DNA of 64,000 bases from Candidatus Latescibacterota bacterium (lineage in GTDB: Bacteria > Latescibacterota > UBA2968), in contig OZ240241.1 in NCBI GenBank assembly GCA_965198115.1, positions 4,608,001 to 4,672,000 of the forward strand, in the 5' to 3' direction. This document shows positions 20,793-31,484 of this stretch, one piece after another (within the stretch, counting starts at the first letter, position 1; each line of letters opens with the position of its first letter). A program made the translations under genes and the position numbers. The notes beneath the pieces were generated by a model, which saw only the letters and a program-made list of their open reading frames with translations, ran no database searches and was not told the origin of the DNA.

Positions 20793-21917
20793 ATGAAAAT
20801 CACCCACATCGGCTCTGCTTTACTCTCCCCCTTCCCCTGGGTACTCGTCAAGGTCCGCACTGACACAGGTTTGATCGGTATCGGCGAAGCCTACCACGGC
20901 GCTGGAGTCCATCAGATTGCCGTCGACGATCGTCTCACTCGATCGCTCATCGGGCAGGATCCACGTAGCGTCGACAAGCTCTTTCACGACATGATGAGTT
21001 CGATGTCGGCGTCAGGTTTTTATCAGGGCGCGGTCATGAGCGCCATCAGCGGGATCGAAATGGCGTTGTGGGACATCACCGGGCAGAGCTTCGGATGCCC
21101 CATCTGGCAGCTGCTAGGGGGAAAGTTCCGAGATCGGATCCGCGTCTACAACGATTGTCACGAGGGTGAGGAAGACACGCCCGATGGATGGGTCGCAACC
21201 GCGAAAGCCGTCGAGACACGAGGGTTCGACGCCATCAAGTTCGACATCGACCCGCAGCCCTCGCGGCGCGACAATTACAACCGAAACATCAGCAACGAGG
21301 ACATCGATCACTTCGTTTCAGTGGTAGCCGCAGTCCGTGAAGCACTCGATCCGAACACGGATCTGCTCATCGACGCCCACTGGTTCTATGCGCCACCCGA
21401 TATTCTCAAGGTCGCCAAGGCCTTCGAATCGCTGAACCTGCTGTGGCTGGAAGATCCGATTCCACCTGAGAACATCGAAGCGATGGCCAAAGTCACGCGG
21501 TCGACCACAACGCCGATCTGTACAGGTGAAAACTTCTACACCCGTCACGGATTCCGCGATCTGATTCAGCAGCAGGCCGCCGACATCATCTCGCCCGACC
21601 TCGCAAAAGCTGGCGGTCTGCTCGAAGGCCGCCGTATCGCCGACCTCGCAGACATGTACTACATCCCGTTCTCGCCCCACAACATCTGCGGCCCGACCGG
21701 AACCGTCGCTGCCAGCCACGTATGTGCCGCTGTCCCCAACTTCCAGGTGCTCGAGTTCCATCACCTTGATAATGATCTCTGGTCCAACCTCACCGTTGGC
21801 GAGGATCTCATACGGGGCGGCCATCTTGCCGTTCCCACAGGGCCCGGGCTCGGCGTGACACTCGATGAGGGCATCGCCAGGGAAGCGAGCGTCGAAGATC
21901 TCGGATTCTTCGACTAA
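20793..21917 (+). CDS. Mandelate racemase/muconate lactonizing enzyme family (acid-sugar dehydratase-like)
   Basis: AISGIEMALWDI.G, KFD, IDAH, WLEDP, TGEN, FSPHN. Confidence 0.92.
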   Translation: MKITHIGSALLSPFPWVLVKVRTDTGLIGIGEAYHGAGVHQIAVDDRLTRSLIGQDPRSVDKLFHDMMSSMSASGFYQGAVMSAISGIEMALWDITGQSFGCPIWQLLGGKFRDRIRVYNDCHEGEEDTPDGWVATAKAVETRGFDAIKFDIDPQPSRRDNYNRNISNEDIDHFVSVVAAVREALDPNTDLLIDAHWFYAPPDILKVAKAFESLNLLWLEDPIPPENIEAMAKVTRSTTTPICTGENFYTRHGFRDLIQQQAADIISPDLAKAGGLLEGRRIADLADMYYIPFSPHNICGPTGTVAASHVCAAVPNFQVLEFHHLDNDLWSNLTVGEDLIRGGHLAVPTGPGLGVTLDEGIAREASVEDLGFFD

Positions 21918-21954
21918 GGCGTAGACGCGGCGTGAAGATGGGATTACGAATCCG

Positions 21955-22485
21955 ATGATCGGCATCACCGCAAGGGATCGGAAGGTGCAACGAGTTGGAT
22001 GGTCATCCTGCCTGCTCGCGTTTGTTGTGCTGGTCAGCGCTTGCGCTGACCAGCCGGAAACGATTCACCCCGTCATCGAACGGATGCCTCGCCTACAGCT
22101 GCTCAAGCGGGTCGGTGAGCTTGTCGAGCCGCTCCTGGACGGAGAAACCGTGGCGGAAGGAGACGTCATTCAGATCGTCTACGTCTCGCCCGGCCCCGGA
22201 TACGGCGCGATTTTCTCCATTGACGGGAGGGACAGCCTGTTGCTACACCGAGCGGAGAAAGGTGTCTCGTTCAAGCTTCGATCAGGGTCTTCGGACACAC
22301 TCAGATCCGCGTATCAACTCGACGACGCGCCTGGTTTCGAACGATTCTACCTCATCACCTCGGAGCAGCCCTTTCACGTTCGTCCCCTCCTCAAGCAGGC
22401 CCTGCAGGCCACACCCGGGTTGCCAAAACTCTCGAAACGTTACCGACTCGACACGTCAACGCTGAAGAAGCAACAGGCACCGTGA
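21955..22485 (+). CDS. Putative lipoprotein, DUF4384/ActD-like
   Basis: LVSAC lipobox; GDVIQI.Y, IFSIDG, YQLDDAPGFERFYLITS.QPF. Confidence 0.55.
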   Translation: MIGITARDRKVQRVGWSSCLLAFVVLVSACADQPETIHPVIERMPRLQLLKRVGELVEPLLDGETVAEGDVIQIVYVSPGPGYGAIFSIDGRDSLLLHRAEKGVSFKLRSGSSDTLRSAYQLDDAPGFERFYLITSEQPFHVRPLLKQALQATPGLPKLSKRYRLDTSTLKKQQAP

Positions 22486-22497
22486 CAGAGGCCAAGA

Positions 22498-23340
22498 ATG
22501 AAGAAATTGCGGGTCGCCAGCTGCCAGTTCCCCGTCACCCACGACATTGCACGCAATGCGCAGTACGTTCGACGCTACATGGGAAAGACGCACGAGACGG
22601 GTGCGCACTTACTGCATACCTCTGAGGCGTGTCTGTCTGGTTACGGGGGCGCCGACTTCGACGGCTTCGACTGGGAACGGCTGCGTGCTGAGACAATGCG
22701 ATTGCGCGAGTTGGCATCTGAACTCGATCTCTGGCTCGTGCTCGGATCGTCCCACTACCTAAGTGAAAGGACTCCACCCACAAACTGCCTCTACTTGATC
22801 GATCCGCGCGGTCGAATCGTTGACCGCTACGACAAGTGCATGTGTACCACTGGAGATCAGCGCGTCTACAGCGCCGGGAACCGTCTCGTCACGAAGACGA
22901 TCAACGGGATTCGCGTCGGCCTCGCCATCTGTTACGACGTCTGCTATCCCCAGATCTACACCGCTTATCGCCTCAAGGGCGTCCAGCTGATGCTCCACTC
23001 TTTCTACAACGCTGGCCACGACGGCCCGAGCTGTCTCGACGTCCTGAACGGGCGCCAGGTCCCCACGCGATGCGCCGACAACCTGATGTGGGCCGTCGCC
23101 AACAACTCGTCACGGCCCTACTCTCACTGGGGCAGCTTCGTCGCGCGTCCCGACGCCACCATCGCTCAGTCGCTGAAGATCAACACCGCCGGCATGCTCG
23201 TACACGACTTCCCAGACGGCCTGTCCGACCGCGGCTGGATTCATAACCGCATTCCGATGAAACTCGCGTCCAACGAGAAGCTCTACTTCGGCAAACCCAG
23301 TCGGCACGTCCGGCAGAGAAACGGGAAGTCGGAACCGTGA
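22498..23340 (+). CDS. Carbon-nitrogen hydrolase (nitrilase superfamily)
   Basis: E (SEACLSGY), K (YDK), C (ICYD) catalytic triad. Confidence 0.9.
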   Translation: MKKLRVASCQFPVTHDIARNAQYVRRYMGKTHETGAHLLHTSEACLSGYGGADFDGFDWERLRAETMRLRELASELDLWLVLGSSHYLSERTPPTNCLYLIDPRGRIVDRYDKCMCTTGDQRVYSAGNRLVTKTINGIRVGLAICYDVCYPQIYTAYRLKGVQLMLHSFYNAGHDGPSCLDVLNGRQVPTRCADNLMWAVANNSSRPYSHWGSFVARPDATIAQSLKINTAGMLVHDFPDGLSDRGWIHNRIPMKLASNEKLYFGKPSRHVRQRNGKSEP

Positions 23341-23392
23341 GTTTCCCGCGTCTTTCGATTCTCCCACCCCCCGACCCCATCCAGACCCTCCC

Positions 23393-25588
23393 GTGACCCG
23401 CAAGCGCGACGCAACCGACGTCACGATCCGTGCGGTAAAGGGCGACGTTCGAATCCGTCGCTACGAGCACGGTTATCCCCACATCCAGGCCGATGCGGAA
23501 ATCGACCAGTTCTACGGCCTCGGTTACGCCCACGGACGCGACAGGCAGATGCAGATGAGCCTGCTCCGCATCGTGGGGCAGGGCCGTCTCTCCGAATGCC
23601 TGCGAGCGGATCCGGCCCTCGTCGAGCTGGACAAGCGAACGCGCTGGTTGAACCTCGGGGGCGAGGCCGCTGAGGAAGCGGCCACCATGTCGGGCGACTT
23701 TCAGGATACCCTCGAGATTTATTGTCGAGGCGTCAACGACGCCTTCGCGTCAACGGGACGTCCATTCGAGTTCAAGCTGGCCGGCTACCGACCCGAACCG
23801 TGGACACCCGCGGACACGCTCCTGATCACGAAGGTCATGGGCTTCGTCGGGCTCACTCAGGCCCAGGGCGAGGCGGAAAAGTTCATCGTCGAGCTCATCC
23901 AGAAGGGCGTGGATGCCGAGCGGATTCAGGAGTTATTCCCGGAAATCACAGAGAATCTGTCGCCTGACTACGTGGATCTCCTCAGAAAAGTGCGGTTGGC
24001 GCGACCCACGATCGATCCCACCATCCTGTGGGAAGTTTTGCCCGCTTTCTCCGCGAGCAACAACTGGGCGATCCGGCCCGAGCGATCGGCATCCGGTGCC
24101 CCCATCCTCTGCGGCGATCCCCATCTCGCCATGCAATTGCCCGTCATCTGGTACCCCGTCGTCCTGACAGACGGAGTCGACTACCTCTCGGGTGCCACGA
24201 TCGCCGGACTACCCGTCATCGCCATAGGCCGATCGCGTAGCCTCGCGTGGTCGGCCACCTACGGGACTTCGGACGTGAGCGATTTCATTGTGGAGGACGT
24301 GAAGGGGGGCAGATACCGTCGAGGAACCGAATGGATCGATTTCGAGGTCCGGGAGGAGGTACTGCAACCGCGCGGGAAAGCCCCCATCACGTTCACGGTC
24401 TACGAAACCGATCACGGGCCGCTGGAAGGAACACCCGAGGAGGACGGCTACTACCTGAGCTACGCGTGGGCTTCTCGGAAACGGGGTGGCACGGCAGCGG
24501 AGTCGCTTCAACAGTTCGTCAACCTCAAGCGGTCCACCGACGTTCACGGCGCCATCGATGCCTTCGCGGGAATGACATTCGCCTCGTTCAATTGGGTATT
24601 CGCAGACCGAAGCGGCAACATCGGCTACCAGCTGGGAGGACTCGTGCCCCAGCGACCCGCGGGCAGTTCGGGATTGATCCCTCTCCTTGGATGGGAAGCA
24701 TCGTGGAACGGATTTGTCGACCCTGCCCAATACCCGCGGTGCATCAATCCCGACGGCGGCATTATGGTCACCGCAAACAATGATCTGAATCATCTGGGGC
24801 AGGTGGCCCCGATGACGTTGCCCATGTCGTCCTACCGGGCAGACCGCATCGTCGAATTGATCGGCAATAGCTCCTCGTTGACACCGGAAAACATGAAAAA
24901 AATCCACTATGATCGATGCTCGCTTCAGGCAGCAAGATTCCGATCCCTCATCGAGCCTCATTTACCCGACAACGACATCGGTCGTGCGCTGCGTGAATGG
25001 GACGAACGTTACGATTCCGACTCGGTCGCAGCAACCGCCTTCGAACGCATCTACAAGGAATTGATCCGGACCGTTTTCGGCGACGGGGGCCTCGGCAGAA
25101 ACGTCATCGATCATCTCCTCACCGAGACCTCGCTCTATAGCACGCTCCATCGAAATTTCGATCGTGTCCTTCTCAGCGATGCATCGCCCTGGTTTCGCGA
25201 TCGAGCGCCCGACGAACTCTATGCGCAAGCCGTGTCACGGGCCCTTTCAGCAGCCATCCCTCCTCACAGTCAGGACGCACGGACGACTCTCTACAACATC
25301 TTCTGGGCGGGGAAGCTCCCCAGATTCTTGGGATTCGACGTCGAAATCGAACACCTCGGGAGCCGCGCAACGGTGTCCCAGTCGCAGAAATTCGGTCTTG
25401 CCGGCCGCACGTCCTCCGTCGGGGCCGGAATACGGATGATCGCCGATCTGGGCGACGACCTTCTTCACATCACGACCGCGGGCGGTGCATCGGATCGACG
25501 CTCGAGTCCGTACTACCTCGACGGGATCGACGATTGGCTCGCTGGACGTTACGTCATCCTGTCACCCGATCCGCCCGAGGATTCGTGA
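23393..25588 (+). CDS. Penicillin acylase family Ntn-hydrolase
   Basis: GYPHIQA, GYAHGRDR..QM, SNNW nucleophile, DPHL. Confidence 0.92.
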   Translation: MTRKRDATDVTIRAVKGDVRIRRYEHGYPHIQADAEIDQFYGLGYAHGRDRQMQMSLLRIVGQGRLSECLRADPALVELDKRTRWLNLGGEAAEEAATMSGDFQDTLEIYCRGVNDAFASTGRPFEFKLAGYRPEPWTPADTLLITKVMGFVGLTQAQGEAEKFIVELIQKGVDAERIQELFPEITENLSPDYVDLLRKVRLARPTIDPTILWEVLPAFSASNNWAIRPERSASGAPILCGDPHLAMQLPVIWYPVVLTDGVDYLSGATIAGLPVIAIGRSRSLAWSATYGTSDVSDFIVEDVKGGRYRRGTEWIDFEVREEVLQPRGKAPITFTVYETDHGPLEGTPEEDGYYLSYAWASRKRGGTAAESLQQFVNLKRSTDVHGAIDAFAGMTFASFNWVFADRSGNIGYQLGGLVPQRPAGSSGLIPLLGWEASWNGFVDPAQYPRCINPDGGIMVTANNDLNHLGQVAPMTLPMSSYRADRIVELIGNSSSLTPENMKKIHYDRCSLQAARFRSLIEPHLPDNDIGRALREWDERYDSDSVAATAFERIYKELIRTVFGDGGLGRNVIDHLLTETSLYSTLHRNFDRVLLSDASPWFRDRAPDELYAQAVSRALSAAIPPHSQDARTTLYNIFWAGKLPRFLGFDVEIEHLGSRATVSQSQKFGLAGRTSSVGAGIRMIADLGDDLLHITTAGGASDRRSSPYYLDGIDDWLAGRYVILSPDPPEDS

Positions 25589-26535
25589 TCGTGGCCAGAG
25601 GCGACCCCATCCTGTGGCGACGCATCGACGTCCCCGCTGCCCTCCGCGCTTCGGAAACCGTCGATGGCCGATCGATCGGTTACGGCGGTGACATCCGGAT
25701 CGGAAGCCTGCGGGAGAGAGGGTCCGTCGACTTTCTGGTGTATCGATCGTTGAACGATGGACACAATGGCGGGGGGATGAAGCCGAGTTTCCTCGGAGCG
25801 TTCGACGTTGACGGGAACATCCTCTGGCAGCAAGGAGAAAGCGGCACACAGCCCTCTCGTCCGGGTCCGGTCACGCTCTACGACGTCAATAGCGACGGAC
25901 GCGATGAGGTCATCTGCTTCTTCAAAGACACATCGAAGGACGCCGACCCGACGTCGCTTGCCGATGTCGTCGTCCAAGTTCGAGACGGATCCTCGGGTGA
26001 CGTCATCCATCAAGCCGCACCCCCATCGATCACATCGTGTGCGGGCGAGGGCGCGAACTGGGTCCATCAACGCCTGCTGATCGCGAATCTGCGGGGACTC
26101 GATCGCCCGGCCGACCTCGTCGTCAAGCTAGGCAATCGCGTCGTCGCACTCGACGACCGGTTCGAAACGCTCTGGACACACACATCTCCGTGGACGGAAT
26201 ACGGTCATTGCCCGGCTTACATTCCCTCTATCGGCGACTTGGATGGAGACGGCCGCGACGAGGTCAACGGAGGTTACTTCATCCTCGATCACGACGGCAG
26301 CGTCCTGTGGGAACAGGACCTCGCCCCCAACATGGACTCGGTCGCCGTCACGACGTGGGATGATGGCCGGATGCGCGCCATTTGCTCCGGTGGAGGTCAC
26401 GTCCTCGACGAAACAGGCGATTTCGTTCTGTCGCTCGGCGTGGAGGTCGTCCCCCACGGCCAGGAAGTACGGGTTGCACGATTCGACCTGGATGATCCCG
26501 CACCTCAGATGGTCAGACCGCGCGCGCGACCGTAG
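25585..26535 (+). pseudogene. FG-GAP/rhamnogalacturonan lyase-like beta-propeller protein, apparently C-truncated
   Basis: YDVNSDGRDEV and GDLDGDGRDEV calcium-binding motifs; ends at a junction with a convergent gene. Confidence 0.6.
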
Positions 26536-27230
26536 CAGCGAGGGACGCAACGACGTTGATGACGGATCGATACCCACCTTGTGAAACGTGTGGGTGTAGA
26601 CACTGGCGACGGCGAACAGGACGACCACACCGATCGCACCGAGATGTAGCGTGGGATCTTCAACCAGAACGGGGACGACGATATCGTACGCCCTCAGGAA
26701 ACGCCTCCGATCAAGGGGAAATAGAGCAACAACAGAATGGCCCCTCGTGCGATCGCACTTTTCCCGCGCCCGGATTGAGAGGCGATGTCGTTCATGACAT
26801 AGGCGATTCCCATGGCTGCGGCGTGGAGGGTGAGGACCGCCCCGATCGCGAGTAGCTGCAAACCGGCCGTGTTCATCAGGCCCACTGCGCACGCGTAGGC
26901 TACGGATACGGATACGGATACGGATACGGATACGGATACGGAAGCTACGTAGATCCATCCGACCACGATCCGGGACACGGCAGCGGTTCGGATCGTGACG
27001 GGAAGCAGGCGCAGCCTCGTATCCCGGCTCCATAGCCGGTAGCCCGAGTGATTCACGAGCACCATGGCTCCCGACGCGCAGAGAAACATCACGTGCGCGA
27101 TGTTCGTCGCCTTCTCGCGGGTAGTTGCCACCGCAAAGATGAACACGAAAAGCGCAATGAGACTCGCGACCACCACGAGGATCGCCCTCATCTCCCGCCT
27201 GAGATCCCACCCGAGCAGGCGAAGCATCAA
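26515..27230 (-). pseudogene. Membrane protein, paralog of 27303-28660, frameshifted and truncated
   Basis: MLRLLGWDLRRE..NH.G.R....D.RLRLLP shared with its neighbour; frameshift at about 26700 into LRAYDIVVP. Confidence 0.7.
26901..26942. repeat. (TACGGA)7 perfect tandem repeat
   Basis: Seven exact hexamers encoding (Ser-Val)7 on the minus strand. Confidence 0.97.
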
Positions 27231-27302
27231 GTGGCCCTCCTCCGGGGCACGTGCACGATCCGAGACCATGGTTGTGTCTTGAATGTTTTCCTCAACGTAG
27301 GA

Positions 27303-28660
27303 TCATCCTGTCAAGTAGCTTCGTCGGTTGACATAGCTTCGAATGCTGAGGTTCCGAAAGAGGATCGCCAATCCGAACGTGAGGATGAAGACAATGACAG
27401 GCATCCCTTCGAAGAAGCTCCGATTGAGGGAACTCACTGCTATCATCCCGAAGATGAGAACGATTGCTGGAGGCACGCTCACCCCCGGGCTCCACACCTC
27501 GACAAAGACCTGGAAACGCGCAGAAGGAGCGAGTAGTCCTCGGTCAAGGATGAACAGGAACGCCGATTGAAGGATCCAGATCACACCAGCAACCCCGAGG
27601 ACGAATGCTGCCAGCTCCGCGTTTCCGGTCACACTTCCCCAGACGATCCAGAATCCCGCGTGAGGCAACCAGAGGGTCGCAACGACGATGGAGCGATATC
27701 GAGCGAGCGTGGTCAGATCGACGGGTAAGATCGAGTACTGGCATCGCTTCGGCTCCTCACCATCCACGATGGCTTGAAAGATGGCCCCCATAACCGTCGT
27801 CGCGATGATGAGACCGATCACGCTGGCGATCTGCTTGGGGGAAGTGAAATCCCACGGCTGGTCGGACCTCGATTGCATCCAGAAGCACAAGCCTGCGTGA
27901 CAGACGATCTGTAGCAGATAGGACCCCCTGTAGGCACGTAGATGGGTGCGGAGCAGATACCGAAGGGGGGACACGGCATGTCCGATGGCTTTGGCGGAAG
28001 ATGTGCGGAGCAGGTTTGCTTGAGGTGCCACCCACACCTCGTAGCGAACGTGCGTCTGGATGCCAACAACCGCGAGCAGGGTGGCAATACCCACCACACC
28101 CAAGAAGATCACGGGATCGCCTGTCATGGCGGGTACGATCGAATGATACACCTTCAGAAAGATGGCGGCGAACGGGGGCCCGTAGACCACGAACAGGATG
28201 ACAAAAGGCGCGACGATCCCCCCTTTGCCACCCCAGATCATAACCGTGTCGCTCAACGTGTAACCGAGCGCGAGGACAGCCGCGTGGAGCACGAACACAG
28301 CTGCAGTGGAGCTGATCGCCTCCAGTGGATCCACCCGACCCGACAGAGACGCCACGATGACGTAGACAGCCGCAAGAATCGCCAGGTAACTCCATCCCAC
28401 GAAAATGCGTGAGACCCCCGCGGCTCGCGCGGAGATCGGAAGGAGCCGTAATCGGGAATCCTTCCCGGCCGATCGGAATCCGGCGTGATTCATCAGGACG
28501 GTCATCATCGAGAACGTCAGGTGCATTGTCCAGGCCAGGCGAAGTCCTTTTTCCGTAGCGACGACGAAATACAAAAAGGCGAGCATCGCTGAGGAGCCAG
28601 CCGCGAAACGAACAGGCCGATCGCCTCTCGCCGAAGATCCCACGCAAGTAGGCGGAGCAT
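27303..28660 (-). CDS. ABC transporter permease-like membrane protein (frameshift near 28600)
   Basis: Probable start ATG 28660 MLRLLAWDLRRE overlapping the ATPase stop; many TM segments. Confidence 0.7.
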
Positions 28661-29553
28661 CAGACGGTCTCCGCCACAGATGGCGCACTGCTATTCGACG
28701 TCATCACCTCGATCGCGATTTCATTCAGCGACATGGGCGAAACCTGCACATCGACCGCACCCAACTCGGACAGGTGCGACGCGGTCACGTCTCCATCCGA
28801 GCTGACGAGTTCGTGTCTCCCTCTCTCCTCCCGTTGACGCACGACGGCCGGGATCTCACCAACTGAGCCCTGCTGATGAAACGAAAACCGCCGCCATTTT
28901 TCCCGAAGGGTCTCGGTATCGGCCTCGAGGGAGATCCGCCCCCCGTTCAGGAAGATGAGGTGATCCGCCAGCCGCTCCAGGTCGGACAGTACGTGTGTTG
29001 AGTAGAACACCGTCTTCTCCCCCTCGCTGACCAGATCTCGCAGAATGTCGATCACCTCGGTTCGGACCACTGGGTCCAGTCCGGCCGTCGGCTCATCCAG
29101 CAACAGCAATTGGGGCTCGTAGGCCATCGCCGCGACCAAGGAGAGCTTGACGCGATTCCCGGATGACAGTTCTCTCACGCGTTGATCGAGATCCAAGTTG
29201 AGCCGATCCGCCAGCTCACCGACCAGCGCATCGGACCACGTCGGATAGAAACCGGATAAAAACCTCAGGTTGACCCGCCCCGTCCAGGGGTCGTGGAACG
29301 GTTGCTGATCTCCGACGAAACCGACCCCATGCTTCCACTCGGGACGGTTGAGATCGTTGGGCACGCCGTCGAACCGGACCTCTCCCGACTCTGCTCTGAG
29401 CAGGCCCATCATACAATACATCGTAGTGGTCTTTCCCGCGCCGTTGGGACCGATGAATCCGGTCGCACATCCAGACTCGACCACGAGTTCGATCGGACCC
29501 AGATCGAAACGCGGGAAACTCTTCTTCAGCCCAATCAACTCGAATGCCGGCAT
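28660..29553 (-). CDS. ABC transporter ATP-binding protein (YtrB-like)
   Basis: GPNGAGKTT, LSSG, LLLLDEP, STH; AGGAGG RBS. Confidence 0.95.
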   Translation of the reverse strand: MPAFELIGLKKSFPRFDLGPIELVVESGCATGFIGPNGAGKTTTMYCMMGLLRAESGEVRFDGVPNDLNRPEWKHGVGFVGDQQPFHDPWTGRVNLRFLSGFYPTWSDALVGELADRLNLDLDQRVRELSSGNRVKLSLVAAMAYEPQLLLLDEPTAGLDPVVRTEVIDILRDLVSEGEKTVFYSTHVLSDLERLADHLIFLNGGRISLEADTETLREKWRRFSFHQQGSVGEIPAVVRQREERGRHELVSSDGDVTASHLSELGAVDVQVSPMSLNEIAIEVMTSNSSAPSVAETV

Positions 29554-29581
29554 TGCTGACTCCTCCTGGGGTTGCGCTTCG

Positions 29582-29980
29582 TCAATTGACGGGCGACGAC
29601 TGCCTCGCATCGCCCAGAATCTCTGTGAAAGCACGTCGAATGGCCGTTCCTGACAGGCCTTCGGCTACCGCCGTCTGCACGATGGGTCCCAACCCTTCCT
29701 TCAACCGGTCGAGCGCGATACGATGGCGATCCGGAGCAGAAACGGCACTGACATAGAAACCCTTCCCTCGTCTGGATCGAATCACGCCTTCGTGCTCGAG
29801 CGTTCCATAGGCACGCTGGACCGTAATCACACTGACTTTGGATTCTCTCGCGAGTGAACGAATCGAAGGAAGCAGCTCCCCCTCCGACAAGGTTCCCGCG
29901 AGAATGGCTGCCCTGATCTGGCGCACGATCTGCGCCTGAAGGGGTTCGGCCGAAAGTTCTGAAAGATGCAGGATCATCAA
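29582..29980 (-). CDS. GntR family regulator, YtrA subfamily
   Basis: LPSIRSLA....VS.ITVQRAY..LE..G.I..RRGKGFYV; short C-terminus; precedes an ABC ATPase. Confidence 0.93.
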   Translation of the reverse strand: MMILHLSELSAEPLQAQIVRQIRAAILAGTLSEGELLPSIRSLARESKVSVITVQRAYGTLEHEGVIRSRRGKGFYVSAVSAPDRHRIALDRLKEGLGPIVQTAVAEGLSGTAIRRAFTEILGDARQSSPVN

Positions 29981-29985
29981 GCCTC

Positions 29986-30018
29986 ACTTACTGTATATAA
30001 TATATATATACAGTAAGT
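29986..30018. promoter_or_regulatory. YtrA-type palindromic operator
   Basis: ACTTACTGTATATAATATATATATACAGTAAGT directly upstream of the GntR gene. Confidence 0.85.
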
Positions 30019-30149
30019 CCCCTTACGTCAACTCGAAAAAAGCTCCCCAATCGCCGTTTGTCACGCGGCGCGCTGGCGTGCGAGACACTTTCGTATCATC
30101 TTAGCCGGCGCTGAAGTCGGCCCTCATCACCCTGTTCTGGGATCGCGGA

Positions 30150-31410
30150 ATGAGCAAAATCAGGCTGGCCATCGTCGGCTGCGGCGGGATGGGACATCGG
30201 CACCTTTACGGTCTGGGAGAGCTTCGCCGTCAAGGTCTCTCTTCCTTCGAGCTCGTCGCCGCGTGCGATCCCAACCGGGGCTGCCGAGTCGCTCGCTGAT
30301 GAGGCCGCCGATCTCTTTGACACCCGGCCAACTGTCGTCACCAATCTCGATGAACTGGCGGAGGCAGGCGTCGAAGCGATCGATGCCCCCACTCTACCTC
30401 GTGTTCACCACGACGTCACTATCGGCACGCTCGAGCGTGGCTGGCACTGCATGGTCGAAAAACCGGTTGACCTGACTGTTCGTGCGTGTAACCTGATCGC
30501 CGCAGCCGCCAAGGACTCTCCACAGGTCCTCAGCGTCGCAGAAAACTACCGCCGCGATCCGATGAACCGTCTTGCACGTGCACTTCTCGACGCTGGCGTG
30601 ATCGGCGACCCCCGCCTCCTCATCCATCATTCGATGGGCGGCAACGGAAACCGAATGCTCATCTCGGTCTGGCGCCATCAAAAGAATCAGAGCGGCCTGC
30701 TCCTCGATGTCGGTGTCCATTTCACGGACATGATGGAATACCTGCTCGGCCCCATCACGACCGTCTATGCCCAGACGCGTCTGCACGAAAAGGTGAGAAT
30801 CAACCCTGCCGCACGCGGGGATGCGTCGGCCTCGAACCCGGCCGGGGTCTACGGGAAATGGCAAAAGGAAATGCCCGGGGAGTTCGAAGCCACAGCGGAA
30901 GACGCGGCCTATGCCACGCTCGAATTCGCCAACGGAGTGGCTGGCCAGTATATCGAAGACCACGCCATCCGTGGCGAGGGGAGCTGGCTCCGCCAGATTC
31001 AGGGCGCGGCTGGATCGATGAATTTGCCACCGGATCGTCGCGGCGCTCCATTGTCGCTCAACATCGAGGGCAAGGAGATCGACGGCGAGAGCGTTCTCGA
31101 CCTTGTCCCCGACTTCCGACTCGACGAAGCTACAGCCAGGCTTTTCGGCGGCGAGAGACTCGGTCACTACGACTTCGAGTTTCCCGAAATCGACCGCAAA
31201 GTCATCGCAACGGAATACGCCGACTTCGGCAACGCCATCCTCGAGGGCCGCGAACCCGAGGTGGGTATCGCACAGGGCACACGATCCGTCGCCGTCTCCT
31301 ACGCACTCATGGAATCGGGCCAGTCCGGACAGATCGTTCAGGTCGACGACGTCATCGCAGAACGCGTCGACGCCTACCAAGCCGAAATCAACGCCGATCT
31401 GCGGATTTAG
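30150..31410 (+). CDS. Gfo/Idh/MocA oxidoreductase (frameshifts near 30280 and 30385)
   Basis: IRLAIVGCGGMG..H at 30150, EKP, LLDVGVHF.D. Confidence 0.85.
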
Positions 31411-31484
31411 TCTCGTGTTTATCTTGGTTCGCCTCTGTTTTTCTTCCGTGTGTTCCGTGGTCCCGTTCTTTTCTTGAGGTAAAA

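Noticed and set aside
26901-26942. CRISPR array
   Set aside because: Spacerless hexamer repeat; no repeat-spacer array or cas gene anywhere in the window
30858-31484. 503-aa fusion ORF ending in the creatininase
   Set aside because: The N-terminal part is an off-frame overlap with the oxidoreductase; an RBS supports the start at 31485
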